A stretch of DNA of 62,617 bases, the filler included. It is 7 parts of 7 records of this genome, joined end to end, with 100 filler letters (N's around TTAATTAATTAA, not from the genome) between each part and the next. Parts side by side here need not be neighbours in the genome. Positions count along the whole stretch, not along the records: positions 15,582 to 24,211 come from DRR723986_6677; positions 24,312 to 31,581 come from DRR723986_6678; positions 31,682 to 40,039 come from DRR723986_6680; 4 more parts are not named here. One strand, given 5' to 3'. Shown piece by piece: positions 20,275 to 31,683 of this stretch. Each line of letters begins with the position of its first letter. The stretch's first letter is position 1. The position numbers and the translations under genes were made by a program. The notes beneath the pieces are model-generated. The model saw nothing but the letters and a program-made list of their open reading frames with translations, searched no databases and had not been told where the DNA came from.

Positions 20275-21459
20275 ATGACGACTGCAGACGCATGGTCCGA
20301 GACCCCGGCGACCGCCTTGCTTGTGCTCTCCGACGGCAGTGTAATCGAGGGACAGGGCCTCGGCGCAACCGGCCAAGCCGTTGGTGAGATTTGCTTTAAT
20401 ACGGCAATGACCGGTTACCAGGAGATCCTGACCGACCCATCCTATTCCGGTCAGATCATCACCTTCACATTTCCGCATATTGGCAATGTCGGCACCAACG
20501 ATGAAGACATCGAGACGGTCAACATGGCCTCAGACAGCGGCATCCGCGGTGTCGTGCTGGCAGCCGCCATCACCGATCCGGCCAACTACCGGGCGGCAAA
20601 ACATCTCGATGCGTGGCTGAAGAGCCGCAACCTGATCGGCATCAGCGGCATCGACACCCGCGCGCTGACCGCGCTGATCCGTGAAAAAGGCGTGCCCAAC
20701 GGCGTGATCGCCCATTCGCCGGATGGCAAATTCGATGTCGATGCCCTGAAAACGGCCGCCAGAAACTGGCCCGGCCTGGTGGGTATGGACCTTGCCAAGG
20801 ACGCTTCCACCACCCAGTCGCACCAGTGGCACCAGACGACCTGGAAATGGGACGAGGGCTACGGCGAGGCAAAGGCCGGCAAGTTCAAGGTCGTTGCCAT
20901 TGACTACGGCATCAAGCGCAACATCCTGCGCCTTCTGGCTGACGCCGGCTGCGATGTCACGGTTCTTCCCGCAACCGCGACGGCGGATGACGTCCTGGCG
21001 CAAGCGCCCGATGGCGTGTTCCTGTCCAACGGCCCCGGTGATCCGGCCGCAACGGGCGACTACGCGGTGCCGATGATCAGAAAGATTGTCGATGCGGGCG
21101 TTCCCACGTTCGGGATCTGCCTTGGCCACCAGATGCTCGCACTGGCACTTGGCGGCAAGACCCTCAAGATGCACCAGGGACACCATGGCGCCAATCATCC
21201 GGTATTCGACCACACCACCGGCAAGGTTGAAATCACGTCGATGAACCATGGTTTCGCGGTGGATGCGGACAGTCTGCCGGACAACGTTCAGCAGACCCAT
21301 GTCTCCCTGTTCGACGGATCCAACTGTGGTCTGGCGATGAAGGACAAACCCGTGTTTTCCGTCCAGTATCACCCGGAAGCATCCCCCGGCCCGCGTGACA
21401 GCCACTACCTGTTCAAGCGGTTCACCGACCTGATGGAAAGCGCGAAATCGGCAGCCTGA
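20275..21459 (+). CDS. carA: Carbamoyl-phosphate synthase small subunit
   Basis: FNTAMTGYQEILTDPSY, LSNGPGDP, GICLGHQ, SVQYHPEASPGP. Confidence 0.98.
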   Translation: MTTADAWSETPATALLVLSDGSVIEGQGLGATGQAVGEICFNTAMTGYQEILTDPSYSGQIITFTFPHIGNVGTNDEDIETVNMASDSGIRGVVLAAAITDPANYRAAKHLDAWLKSRNLIGISGIDTRALTALIREKGVPNGVIAHSPDGKFDVDALKTAARNWPGLVGMDLAKDASTTQSHQWHQTTWKWDEGYGEAKAGKFKVVAIDYGIKRNILRLLADAGCDVTVLPATATADDVLAQAPDGVFLSNGPGDPAATGDYAVPMIRKIVDAGVPTFGICLGHQMLALALGGKTLKMHQGHHGANHPVFDHTTGKVEITSMNHGFAVDADSLPDNVQQTHVSLFDGSNCGLAMKDKPVFSVQYHPEASPGPRDSHYLFKRFTDLMESAKSAA

Positions 21460-21553
21460 CCTACTCGGGCCCCGGGAAATGCAGACAAGCGTTCGGCCGA
21501 CGAACCAGCCGGCCAACGCCACTCCGCCACCGGAATGCAGCATTGTCTCAAAT

Positions 21554-21590
21554 AAAAAACCCCGGCGTGCAGTGCACGCCGGGGTTTTTT
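21554..21590. terminator. Bidirectional intrinsic terminator between carA and the merR-like gene
   Basis: AAAAAACCCCGGCGTGC-agt-GCACGCCGGGGTTTTTT. Confidence 0.9.
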
Positions 21591-21610
21591 GATAACTGAT
21601 GCCGGAAGCT

Positions 21611-22048
21611 TTATCCGATCAGTTCGTCAAATGCCGTCAGGATCTGACCGACTTCTGCGATCTGCTCGTCAAGCATCTGCTTCTGCTCCACCAGGATTTC
21701 CTGTTGCGCAAGGCAGATTTCCTGAAGTTCCTTGAACTGGTCTTCCCGTTTGCCGTTGCCTTCCACCAGCTTGATCACCCGGCGGATTTCGGCAAGCGTG
21801 AGGCCGATCTTCTTGGCCTGCAGGATTACCCGCATCCGCGAAACGTCACGAGGACCGTAGAAACGGCGTGCGCCCTTGCGAACCGGATTGAGAAGACCCT
21901 TTTCTTCGTAGAAACGAAGCGTCCTGAGGGTTACGTCGAACCGCTCGGACATTTCCGAGATCGCGAGAGCGCGATCGTCAAGCATCACTTCTTGTCCTGG
22001 CCCGGCAATATCCGGCACCACGACCATCTTGGTTGCTACATTGTTCAT
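21611..22048 (-). CDS. MerR-family transcriptional regulator
   Basis: ISEMSERFDVTLRTLRFYEEKGLLNPVRKGARRFY...GLTLAEI. Confidence 0.9.
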   Translation of the reverse strand: MNNVATKMVVVPDIAGPGQEVMLDDRALAISEMSERFDVTLRTLRFYEEKGLLNPVRKGARRFYGPRDVSRMRVILQAKKIGLTLAEIRRVIKLVEGNGKREDQFKELQEICLAQQEILVEQKQMLDEQIAEVGQILTAFDELIG

Positions 22049-22918
22049 ACTTTTAAGCCCGATCTTGTCTTTTTTGTTCCAAGTCTGGCTGGGTCTTGCT
22101 GCGCTCCCGACTCGCCGGTCCCACCTCCGGTTCATCAGGTCCCACTAGCACCGCAATTACAGCCCCCGCAGCTTGAAGCGCAATGCTCTTCGCTTCAGAA
22201 GCTCCCAACGCCAAACTCATAGGAGACTAAGCAGTAGTCTAATACACCGGATCGACAGTTAAAATCTACGCCAAATTTAGGAATATTGCCCAGTTTTTAC
22301 GGAAGTTTCAGTTATGCGAAAACTAAAACTAAAAACCTACGAGAAAGGACACGCAACTACGAATGTTTATTCAGGGGCACTTTAGCCAAAACGCGAACAA
22401 ATATTAATTATCGATAATCTGAATATAAGAACTCGACTTTTCTTGAATATATAAATCCACAATAAATTTTCTTTACCTCACGGCAACGACCAAGGGAAAA
22501 TTACTTAGTTCGCTTACTCCTAACCCTGAGGATTATTACAATTAGTGAATTTCCCTTAGATACTATGTAGGTAAAAAAGTTCACGAATCGTGATCCGCGA
22601 GACGAAAATGAACGCTACATACGCAACAATACCCGCTATGCGCGAATATCAATTCAGCCTTACTCCTTATGAAAAGATAAGGAAAAATCTAAGCTTATCA
22701 CTTATTTGACCAACCGTTACGGCACCGAACAAGTATATCAATTTTTTGTCCACACGGTCAATTTTACCATCAAATTCAACCACCTCCATCGACGCAAAAG
22801 AGCACATTGTGCACTTCTCGATTGACAAGCGATGAGCAAGGTTATTTTTGTCAGAAGTACCGGACGAGCGAACCCGCAAGGGGATGCCCGCAACCAAGGT
22901 ATTCTGGAATAAGACGAA

Positions 22919-23197
22919 ATGGCCGATTCAAAATCCAAAGACACCATGCCCGGCATGACCCCTCAGCAGTTCCGCCATTGGCGGCGAGCACTCGGGCTCA
23001 AGCAGAAGGATGCGGCAGACCGTCTGGGCCTGAAGAAGCGCATGATCCAGTATTACGAAAAGGGAAATCGCGACGGGCGACCCGTTGAAATTCCCAAATC
23101 CATCCGCCTTGCCTGCTATGCATTGTCGGAAGGGATCGGCGACTTTGACGGCCAGACAACGATCCCGTTACCCGCCGAAATTGCCAAGCCGGAATAA
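22919..23197 (+). CDS. Small XRE-type helix-turn-helix protein
   Basis: MTPQQFRHWRRALGLKQKDAADRLGLKKRMIQYYEKG. Confidence 0.85.
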   Translation: MADSKSKDTMPGMTPQQFRHWRRALGLKQKDAADRLGLKKRMIQYYEKGNRDGRPVEIPKSIRLACYALSEGIGDFDGQTTIPLPAEIAKPE

Positions 23198-23368
23198 AGT
23201 CGTGATTTTAGCTCGCAAAAGGTCGACTTTCACGCCCTGGCGGGGTTCCCTCCTGCGCAGCTTTTCCCTATAAGACGCGCTCAGCCAACATAGTCATACC
23301 CTCATGTCCGAGCCAGACCGAATAGCGAGCCCGCTGTCCGGAAAGGCCGCTGCGAGCTGCGAGCCGAG

Positions 23369-24211
23369 ATGCCAAAACGCACAGATATCTCTTCCATCCT
23401 GATTATTGGTGCCGGTCCGATTGTCATCGGCCAGGCATGTGAATTCGATTATTCGGGCACCCAGGCCTGCAAGGCGCTGCGCGAGGAAGGGTATCGCATC
23501 ATCCTGGTCAACTCGAACCCGGCGACGATCATGACCGACCCGGACCTTGCTGACGCGACCTACATCGAGCCGATCACTCCCGAGCTGGTGGCCAAGATCA
23601 TCGAGAAGGAACGCCCGGACGCGCTTCTGCCGACGATGGGTGGCCAGACCGCGCTGAACTGCGCACTCGATCTGGAACAGATGGGTGTTCTGGAAAAATA
23701 CGGAGTGGAAATGATCGGCGCCCGCGCCGATGTCATCGAAAAGGCTGAAGACCGCGAAAAGTTCCGGGCTGCGATGGACGTCATCGGCCTGGAAAACCCG
23801 CGCGCGGCCATTGCCTCCTCCCCGGCAATTCACGACGAGAACGGCCGGATCGTCGGTTACGACCGCAATGCCGGCTATCTTGAAGCCATGCGCGCCATCG
23901 ACGAGATCGGCCTGCCGGCCATCATTCGCCCCGCCTTCACCCTGGGTGGCACCGGCGGCGGCGTTGCCTATAACCGGGAAGAATTCGAAACCATCGTCCG
24001 CTCCGGCATTGACGCATCTCCAGTCGGTCAGGTCCTGATCGACGAGAGCCTGCTCGGCTGGAAGGAATATGAAATGGAAGTGGTCCGCGACACGGCGGAC
24101 AACTGCATCATCATCTGCTCCATCGAGAACGTCGATCCGATGGGCGTGCATACCGGTGATTCCATCACTGTCGCCCCGGCCCTGACGCTGACCGACAAGG
24201 AATACCAGATC
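23369..24211 (+). CDS. carB: Carbamoyl-phosphate synthase large subunit, 3'-truncated
   Basis: [44 protein letters not shown]. Confidence 0.98.
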
Positions 24212-24556
24212 NNNNNNNNNNNNNNNNNNNNNNNNNNNNNNNNNNNNNNNNNNNNTTAATTAATTAANNNNNNNNNNNNNNNNNNNNNNNNNNNNNNNNN
24301 NNNNNNNNNNNTACACCCCCCGTACACCGGGCGTGCAGACGGGAAGGGGGTTTGGAAGATGGATTGTGTGGACAATGATTGGTGCGAACGGCCCAAAGCA
24401 GACATTCATCGTGCAGGGTTGGACCGCAGCGCAGCTTCACCGAACCGGCCATTCGCGGCACCCGCGAGACTGAAGCGCTGCGCGAGGTCGGACATGCGGG
24501 ACATGGCTGCCGTTTGAGATGCGGAGGCGAATGTCCAGTTGTAGCTCACCGAAGGA

Positions 24557-25063
24557 TTAGTCGCCTGTGGCGTTTGCTTTTCTGTCGTGCAGGCCCTTGC
24601 TCAGTTTCGCAAGCAGCGTGGCAAGTTGTTCCGCTTCACTCCCAGTCAATATTCCTCCAATCAGGGTCTTGTTGGTTTCGATCAGCTTTTCGACAATCTG
24701 TTCCGCCAGTTTTGTGCCTTCGGGGGTCAACCGGACCAGTCGGCTGCGCCCATCGTCGGGGTTTTCGATGCGCTCTATGAACCCGGCATCCGTGAGGGCG
24801 TGCAGCATTTTGGTCATGCCACCTGAGCTCACCTGGGCACCGGTATAAAGCTGTGTTGGCGACAGCGTAAAATCCGGTGCAGCGGAGCGCAGTGACGACA
24901 GGGCCAGAAACTGAGACCACGATACGCCATATCTTTCAACGATCCGGTGATCATTGTCCCAGATGTAATTTCGGCTGCGGAACAGACCCGGGACAATACG
25001 GGCCTCGGCCGGGCGCTCCTTTGGCCAACTCGGATGTTCAGGGTCGCTCAAATCGGCCTCCAT
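24557..25063 (-). CDS. MarR-family regulator (PecS/UrtR-like)
   Basis: LSPTQL....VSSGGMT.....L...GFIERIENPDDGRSRLVRLT. Confidence 0.9.
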   Translation of the reverse strand: MEADLSDPEHPSWPKERPAEARIVPGLFRSRNYIWDNDHRIVERYGVSWSQFLALSSLRSAAPDFTLSPTQLYTGAQVSSGGMTKMLHALTDAGFIERIENPDDGRSRLVRLTPEGTKLAEQIVEKLIETNKTLIGGILTGSEAEQLATLLAKLSKGLHDRKANATGD

Positions 25064-25119
25064 CGTCTGTTTGCAGCATAAATCCCGCCAGTCGTCTTGT
25101 CAGGGGTGGTTATTCTATT

Positions 25120-25137
25120 TATCTTGCTGGAAAGATA
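25120..25137. promoter_or_regulatory. Putative MarR operator
   Basis: TATCTT-N6-AAGATA palindrome in the divergent promoter between marR and 25221. Confidence 0.7.
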
Positions 25138-25220
25138 GATTCGGTGGCTTGCTGCGATGTACTCTCGCCGAGAGCAAAGAAATGACGCGGAAGAAACTGC
25201 TCACAGAATTGGAACTTGGA

Positions 25221-25730
25221 ATGCAACTCTCAAAACTCTCTGTCCTGCTTGGGCTTGCCGCGAGCGTCGCCTCTCCGCTCTACGCGGATGATCTGATCGT
25301 CATGAACTCGTTTTCTGATCCAGCACTGACGGGCGGAAATGAGATGGCCTTTATGCGAGCACAAGTCGGCGCCGACGAGCCGCTTGTTCTTGCGATGTAC
25401 ACGGTCACTGTAAGCGACGGAGAAATAGAGTTTGAACTGACCGACAACACCGCCGCGTCGGACCTTGTCTTTCCTGATGGCCGCCAAGATATCTGGTACA
25501 TCTCCCTCGAAGGGGCTACCAATCTCCGCCTGAGCGATGCGTCCGACGCCAATTACAACCTGACAAGCGAAGAGCTGGCACCAGGGTCTTCAGCGACTTT
25601 CGATGGTGCCTTCAGGGAGGATCTTGACCTTGAAGTTACTCTCGCAGCGGGAGGTATTCGCATTGCCTTGGGAGGCGGCACAGACCTCAACGAGATCGGA
25701 ACGTCTTGGATCATCGAATACGATCCATAG
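25221..25730 (+). CDS. Secreted acidic hypothetical protein
   Basis: Signal peptide MQLSKLSVLLGLAASVASPLYA. Confidence 0.65.
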   Translation: MQLSKLSVLLGLAASVASPLYADDLIVMNSFSDPALTGGNEMAFMRAQVGADEPLVLAMYTVTVSDGEIEFELTDNTAASDLVFPDGRQDIWYISLEGATNLRLSDASDANYNLTSEELAPGSSATFDGAFREDLDLEVTLAAGGIRIALGGGTDLNEIGTSWIIEYDP

Positions 25731-25786
25731 GCGGGTCATTTGAACTCCGCTTCTCCGGCACCCAAAACCCATTAAAGGCAAGGCCC

Positions 25787-26167
25787 ATGGACCAACCCAT
25801 CCCAAATTGGATCACTTGCTACCTTTGGTTTGTAACGATCGTTTCCACCGTTTTCGCAGTTGTCATTTACGTCAACCCTGCAGCTATGTGGTCGCACTGG
25901 GAAGCTGCTGATGCAGCAGGGGCCTTCAGCCTCGCCGGGCCCACAGGCTTGTTCTGCGCTCGAAATCTTGGCGTAGCGGCCCTGGGGGCGTTTGCGCTGC
26001 TCAACCGATCGCGACCGATGATCGAAGGGTTTTTGGTGTTCAGAGTGGTGACCGATGGCCTGGACGGGCTGCACGCCCTGATTGGGGGCAACACGCCAGT
26101 CATCTTCATTGGCTTCGGCACCGCCGCCTTGCACGCGTTCCTTTTTGCGAGGCTGCGCAGGCAATAG
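25787..26167 (+). CDS. Small integral membrane protein (DUF4267-like)
   Basis: Four hydrophobic helices; ARNLG...D.LDG pattern. Confidence 0.6.
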   Translation: MDQPIPNWITCYLWFVTIVSTVFAVVIYVNPAAMWSHWEAADAAGAFSLAGPTGLFCARNLGVAALGAFALLNRSRPMIEGFLVFRVVTDGLDGLHALIGGNTPVIFIGFGTAALHAFLFARLRRQ

Positions 26168-26288
26168 CGGACGTTCGAGCAGGTTGCAGCATCCGGCACT
26201 TTGGGCTCATAGCGGTCATTCTCTGCAATCGGCTTAGAGGTCCGCTTTCGGAGATCAGTTGCCTACTGCCCCCTTATACACCAACAGC

Positions 26289-26666
26289 TCAATCAGCCCC
26301 GGTTTCCACACAGTGGCGGCGGAAGGACCTTTTCAGCAGGTCCAGTTCTTCGCGCAGGAACTCCACCTCGGCGCGGATGTCGTCTTCCAGCGGTTCGCCG
26401 GTCAGGATGGTGATGCGGTCCAGCACTTCGCCATCTTCCGTGCTGCGCATCTGGATCGTTTGCACCCCGTCGCACAGAACCTCTGCCGGAATGTCGAAGC
26501 CGAGCAGGAAATGCCCCGGATGTCCCTCCATAGGGGTGATCTCGGGCAGGCCGATAACGCGGTCATGGTGGACGGCTTCCACCACCGGCGCGGAGGAGGA
26601 AGAGTTCAGCAGCCCCTCGTAGCGGCCCGCTTTCAGGCGCGTCTTGACCAGGCTCGATTCGGACAT
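26289..26666 (-). CDS. Conserved hypothetical protein (Rhodobacteraceae)
   Basis: C-terminal DIRAEVEFLREELDLLKRSFRRHC coiled coil; downstream of the DUF6478 gene. Confidence 0.75.
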   Translation of the reverse strand: MSESSLVKTRLKAGRYEGLLNSSSSAPVVEAVHHDRVIGLPEITPMEGHPGHFLLGFDIPAEVLCDGVQTIQMRSTEDGEVLDRITILTGEPLEDDIRAEVEFLREELDLLKRSFRRHCVETGAD

Positions 26667-26679
26667 GCGCAGGGTTCCT

Positions 26680-27435
26680 TCACAAATCGGCGCGCGGCGC
26701 GCGGGTCAGCGTCAGGTCGCTCAGCAGCACCTGGTTCATCGCGGAATTGTCGAAGATCAGGTCGATCCAGGCTTTCTCGACCCGCTTTTCGTTGATGTTG
26801 GAATAGGCCAGATCAAACTCCGCCAGCCCCACGTCGTCGTTCAGGTCCAGTTGCCGCACCATCTGTTCGGTGTTGGGTCCATGCTGGACGTTCAGCCGGG
26901 CATAGATCTCGATCGGGCTTTCCCGGTGGATGCGCATGCGCAGGCTGAAATAGTGGTTGCGGGTGATGCTGGTGGTTGCGGCGTCCGGCAGGGACAGGAC
27001 CAGCGACAGGAACGATCCGTCGAAACGGTAGACATCCAGCAGCAGCCCGAAACCCGAAGCCACAGACGGGTCGGTGTTGCGGACCTGGCGCAGGGTGATT
27101 TCCGACCGGGCACAGTCATGAAAGAGGGTCACGCTGTCGGTCAGCTTGTGGGGGGACGGCACCTCGACCACGCCGGTGGGTACGCGGGGGGCCGTCCAGG
27201 GATCGGGCCGCCAGGCCCAATCGCATTGGTCTGGGCGCAGAATCTCGGATTGCCCGTCAGGCACAAGGCTGGCCTCGGCAGTTGCAACGAACAGGTCCAG
27301 CTTGCGGCGCAGCTTGCGGGCAGTGCGTTGCATGGTGTCCAGGTCCGCCGCGCACATGGTCGGCGCGCGATCGGTCAGGGCCGCCCAGCGCTCGGCTGAC
27401 TTCTTCAGCATCCGTTTTTCAAGAAAACCGCTCAT
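26680..27435 (-). CDS. DUF6478-family protein
   Basis: DWAWRP..W, LFHDC, DVYRFDGSFLSL, ARLNVQHGPNTEQ. Confidence 0.7.
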   Translation of the reverse strand: MSGFLEKRMLKKSAERWAALTDRAPTMCAADLDTMQRTARKLRRKLDLFVATAEASLVPDGQSEILRPDQCDWAWRPDPWTAPRVPTGVVEVPSPHKLTDSVTLFHDCARSEITLRQVRNTDPSVASGFGLLLDVYRFDGSFLSLVLSLPDAATTSITRNHYFSLRMRIHRESPIEIYARLNVQHGPNTEQMVRQLDLNDDVGLAEFDLAYSNINEKRVEKAWIDLIFDNSAMNQVLLSDLTLTRAPRADL

Positions 27436-27494
27436 GTCAGCTGTCGGCCGCTCCCACTCGTTCCACGTCATGCCAAGGGTTTACCCTTGATCCC

Positions 27495-28232
27495 TTAACC
27501 GCCCATTATTCTCCGAAACAGCCCAACATTCCAGAGCGTTCCGCTCGGTTGCGCGGGGCTGACCGGCACTGCGACAGGGGCAACCGGCGCGGCCGGCACC
27601 GAACCGTCTGCGTTTGCAAGCTGCACCGCTTGTGTGAATTCACGCAATGTCTGAAGGCCTGTATCAGAAGGAACCGGATTGTCCTCGCGTCCCAGAACCG
27701 TCAGCGTCGCAATCCGGTCGCCCACATCCAGATAGGACCGCCAGTAATCGGACGAAACATTCTGAATCTCGCTGGCGCTGCTGTCTCGGGCGTGCAGGTA
27801 GAACACGTCGCCCTGATGGAAACTGTCCAGCACCTCTACCGTATCCGCCTCACCCGCCCGGCTCAGCAGTTGGCGGCCTTCATCCGAGGCGAAGAAATCG
27901 CCAAGGTCTGGGATCGCGCCGCGCAGGGTCTGGCTGGCATCTGCCTCGGACAATGACGCGGTCAAAATCGCCTGAACCGCCGGTTGCCCAGCACTGCGCC
28001 GGTCAGAGATCACGGCGCAGTTTCCCAGCAACACAAAGGCGGTGTCGCCGCTGTCGCGGGTGGACTCGGGGTCAATGCAGAAACCCTCTGGCCCGGATAC
28101 AGTCACCATATCGGATGTCACCGACACAGCCCGCACCGGCGCTGTCCCGGACGGCCCCACACTCATCCGCCCGCAAGAGGCAGTGACCAGCAGCAATGTC
28201 AGCAAAAGCGCCCTAGAGGTCCATGTAGACAT
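27495..28232 (-). CDS. Hypothetical lipoprotein coupled to ilvD
   Basis: Lipobox [13 protein letters not shown]; overlaps the ilvD stop by 20 nt. Confidence 0.7.
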   Translation of the reverse strand: MSTWTSRALLLTLLLVTASCGRMSVGPSGTAPVRAVSVTSDMVTVSGPEGFCIDPESTRDSGDTAFVLLGNCAVISDRRSAGQPAVQAILTASLSEADASQTLRGAIPDLGDFFASDEGRQLLSRAGEADTVEVLDSFHQGDVFYLHARDSSASEIQNVSSDYWRSYLDVGDRIATLTVLGREDNPVPSDTGLQTLREFTQAVQLANADGSVPAAPVAPVAVPVSPAQPSGTLWNVGLFRRIMGG

Positions 28233-29946
28233 GCCGTTCCTCTTTTCCGCCGGGATGGGTGACCGCGCCATATTTGGCCGATCCCACCAGCTGGGCATAT
28301 TTCCACAATGCGCCCGAGGCATAGATGGTTTCCCGCGGCCCTGCCCAGGCTGCCTTGCGCGCGGCCAGATCATCCTCGGTCAGGGCGACCGACAGTTCGC
28401 CGGTGACCGCATTGATGGTGATCATGTCGCCATCTTGCAGCAGGGCAATCGGCCCGCCATGCGCCGCCTCCGGCCCCACATGGCCCACGCAGAAGCCGCG
28501 CGTTGCCCCGGAAAAGCGGCCATCGGTGATCAGCGCCACGGATTTTCCCATGCCCTGACCCGACAGTGCCGCCGTTGTGGCCAGCATTTCCCGCATTCCC
28601 GGCCCGCCAGCGGGGCCTTCGTTGCGGATGACGATGACGTCGCCCTCGCGGTAGCTGCGCGCCTTGACCGCCTCGAACGCATCTTCCTCGCATTCGAAAA
28701 CCCGCGCGGGCCCGGTGAACACCTGTTCCTCGGCGCTCATCCCCGCGACCTTCACGATCGCCCCGTCAGGCGCAAGATTACCGATCAGGCCAACCACGCC
28801 GCCTGTAGGGGTCAGCGGCGTTTCAATCGGGTGGATCACCTTGCCATCGGCCTCGCGCTCGATCCGGTCGAGTTCCTCGCCGATGCTGCGGCCACTGGCG
28901 GTCATGCACTCTTCGTGCAGCAGGCCCGCCTTGCGCAGCTCCTTCATCACCACGGGCACCCCGCCGACCTCATAGAGATCCTTGGCAACGTAGTCGCCAC
29001 CGGGCTTGAGGTTCACGAAATAGGGCGTGTCGTGGAAAATCTCGCACACGTCTTGCAGGTTGAAATCAATCCCTGCCTCATGCGCAATCGCGGGCAGGTG
29101 CAGCCCGGCGTTGGTGCTGCCGCCGGTGCAGGCCACGACCCGCGCAGCGTTCTGCAAGGATTTCAACGTTACGATGTCCCGCGCGCGGATGTTCTTTTCC
29201 AGCAGATTCATCACCGCATCGCCCGAGGCGGTGCCATAGGCATCGCGGCTTTCATAAGGCGCAGGCGCGCCCGAGGAATTCATCAACGCCAGCCCGATCG
29301 CCTCTGACACGCAGGCCATGGTGTTGGCTGTGAACTGCCCGCCACAGGCGCCAGAAGACGGACAGGCGATCTTTTCCAACGCCTTCAATTCCTCGTCCGA
29401 ATTGGCCCCGGCCTGATGGCGGCCAACCGCTTCGAACACGTCCTGAATCGTCACATCCTTGCCCTTGTAGCGCCCCGGCAGGATCGACCCGCCATATATG
29501 AAGACCGACGGCACGTTCAGACGCACCATCGCCATCATCATTCCGGGCAGCGACTTGTCACAGCCCGCAAGCCCCACCATCGCATCATAGCAATGGCCGC
29601 GCATCGTCAGTTCCACCGTGTCAGTGATCGCATCGCGACTGGCCAGCGACGCGCGCATCCCCTCATGCCCCATGGCGATGCCATCGGTGACCGTAATGGT
29701 GGTGAATTCGCGCGGAGTGCCGCCCGCGTGCTTGACGCCCATCTTCACCGATTGCGCCTGACGCGACAGGGCGATGTTACACGGCGCGGCCTCGTTCCAG
29801 CAGGTGGCGACACCGACGAAGGGCTGGTTCACCTCTTCCTCGCTTAGCCCCATGGCATACAGAAACGACCGGTGCGGCGCGCGGGCAGGACCGATGGTGG
29901 TGTGTCGACTGGGGAGGTGAGACTTGTCCTTCGGACCCGTGGTCAT
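28213..29946 (-). CDS. ilvD: Dihydroxy-acid dehydratase
   Basis: [43 protein letters not shown]. Confidence 0.97.
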   Translation of the reverse strand: MTTGPKDKSHLPSRHTTIGPARAPHRSFLYAMGLSEEEVNQPFVGVATCWNEAAPCNIALSRQAQSVKMGVKHAGGTPREFTTITVTDGIAMGHEGMRASLASRDAITDTVELTMRGHCYDAMVGLAGCDKSLPGMMMAMVRLNVPSVFIYGGSILPGRYKGKDVTIQDVFEAVGRHQAGANSDEELKALEKIACPSSGACGGQFTANTMACVSEAIGLALMNSSGAPAPYESRDAYGTASGDAVMNLLEKNIRARDIVTLKSLQNAARVVACTGGSTNAGLHLPAIAHEAGIDFNLQDVCEIFHDTPYFVNLKPGGDYVAKDLYEVGGVPVVMKELRKAGLLHEECMTASGRSIGEELDRIEREADGKVIHPIETPLTPTGGVVGLIGNLAPDGAIVKVAGMSAEEQVFTGPARVFECEEDAFEAVKARSYREGDVIVIRNEGPAGGPGMREMLATTAALSGQGMGKSVALITDGRFSGATRGFCVGHVGPEAAHGGPIALLQDGDMITINAVTGELSVALTEDDLAARKAAWAGPRETIYASGALWKYAQLVGSAKYGAVTHPGGKEERHVYMDL

Positions 29947-30073
29947 GCTGGTATTCCCTGTTCCAAAGCGCTTTCCATCAGGAATAATGCGCGCGACTCC
30001 CCCGCACAAGCGTGATTGCCGCTGCTTGCCTCTCAGGCTAGTATTCGACGAAAAATGGCAGGCAGCCCGAGCA

Positions 30074-30964
30074 ATGACATACAAAGCACATACCGCCTAT
30101 GTGGCGCCCGCCCGGTTGCGGCCGGGGCTTGGCTGGCTCTGCCTTGGCTTCATCCTGGCCTGCGTGATCTGCGTCATATGGGTCATCGCGCTTTTCGGAA
30201 CCGTGTTCCTGACCGCAGGGGTCGAGGGCGGACAAGCCTGGATCGACCGGATGACGCGGGCCGATACGCCCACCTCCACGCTGCTGGTCATCGCAACGCT
30301 GTGGGGACTGGCCTTTGGTGTGATGGCCGTGGCCCCCCTGATCCATCGCCGCAGTGCCTGGACGCTCTTTGGCCCCTGGCGCCGGATGCGGCGGCATTTC
30401 CTGATTGCCACGCTGGTCTTTGCGGTTGTTCTGTCGGCCTCTGCCGTCATCCCCTTCGGTTACGATCCGGTGCCCGGGCTCGACTTGCCCCTGTGGCTGA
30501 ACTTCCTGCCCCTGTCGCTGCTGGTCATCCTCGGCCAGACCGGCGCAGAGGAGCTGTTCTTTCGCGGCTATCTGCAACAACAGCTTGCCGCGCGGTTCAA
30601 CACGCCGCTGGTCTGGATGGGGCTGCCCTCGATCCTCTTTGGCCTCGCGCACCTGGACCCGTCCAACGGCCCGGTCCTCGCATGGCTGGTCGTGGCCGCG
30701 ACCGGGCTGTTTGGCCTTTGCGCCGCCGATCTGACCGCGCGCACCGGATCCATCGGTGCCGCCTGGGGGTTTCACTTCGCAAACAACGTGGTGGCAATCC
30801 TTGTCGTGTCGCTCAGCGGTACGCTGTCGGGCCTCGCTCTCTATATCACGCCCTTCGCGGCGTCAGATACCGAAACCCTCGTCCCCTTGCTTTTGCGCGA
30901 TATGGCCACCACCGTCGCAATCTGGGCCGCCATCCGCTTTGCCCTCGCAAAGACGGGTCGCTAG
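30074..30964 (+). CDS. CPBP (CAAX-like) intramembrane metalloprotease
   Basis: [21 protein letters not shown]. Confidence 0.9.
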   Translation: MTYKAHTAYVAPARLRPGLGWLCLGFILACVICVIWVIALFGTVFLTAGVEGGQAWIDRMTRADTPTSTLLVIATLWGLAFGVMAVAPLIHRRSAWTLFGPWRRMRRHFLIATLVFAVVLSASAVIPFGYDPVPGLDLPLWLNFLPLSLLVILGQTGAEELFFRGYLQQQLAARFNTPLVWMGLPSILFGLAHLDPSNGPVLAWLVVAATGLFGLCAADLTARTGSIGAAWGFHFANNVVAILVVSLSGTLSGLALYITPFAASDTETLVPLLLRDMATTVAIWAAIRFALAKTGR

Positions 30965-31035
30965 GCCACGCTGCAATTGCATTTCCCGTCCTCGCGTCAT
31001 ATCTCAGCGCAGACGGTCGCAGAAACGGACAGCTC

Positions 31036-31581
31036 ATGAACTGGATCACCAATTACGTCCGCCCTCGGATCAACTCGCTCTTTTCACGCCGCGAGGTGCC
31101 CGAGAACCTTTGGACCAAGTGCCCCGAATGCGGCACCATGCTGTTCCACCGGGAACTGTCAGACAATCTGAACGTCTGCACCGGCTGCGATCACCACATG
31201 CCGATCACCCCTCGCGCCCGGTTCGAGGCGCTGTTTGATGGCGGTGCCTTCGCCGAGGTGCAGGTGCCGGTGCCGGTCCCCGACCCGCTGCATTTCCGCG
31301 ATCAGAAGAAATACCCTGACCGCATGAAGGCCGCCCAGAAAGGCACCGGAGAGTTCGAGGCGATGCTGGTCGCCGAAGGTGAGGTGGGTCGTACGCGCAT
31401 CGTCGCCGCCGGCCAGGATTTCACCTTCATGGGCGGGTCCATGGGCATGTATGTCGGCAATGCCATCATCGCCGCCGCCGAACGCGCCGTGGAACGCAAG
31501 CTGCCGTTGGTGCTGTTTTCCGCCGCTGGTGGCGCACGCATGCAGGAAGGTATCCTGTCGCTGATGCAAATGCCGCGCACC
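31036..31581 (+). CDS. accD: Acetyl-CoA carboxylase carboxyltransferase beta, 3'-truncated
   Basis: LWTKCPEC...VCTGC zinc finger, FMGGSMG, GGARMQEG. Confidence 0.97.
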
Positions 31582-31683
31582 NNNNNNNNNNNNNNNNNNN
31601 NNNNNNNNNNNNNNNNNNNNNNNNNTTAATTAATTAANNNNNNNNNNNNNNNNNNNNNNNNNNNNNNNNNNNNNNNNNNNNCC

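Noticed and set aside
20530-21543. Long antisense ORFs (also 23294-24151, 28042-29307, 44493-45680, 49859-50746)
   Set aside because: Shadow frames of well-identified high-GC genes (carA, carB, ilvD, parAB, crotonase).
30016-31035. Apparent 340-aa N-terminal extension of AccD
   Set aside because: It is an off-frame read-through overlapping the CPBP gene; AccD starts at MNWITNYVRP (31036).
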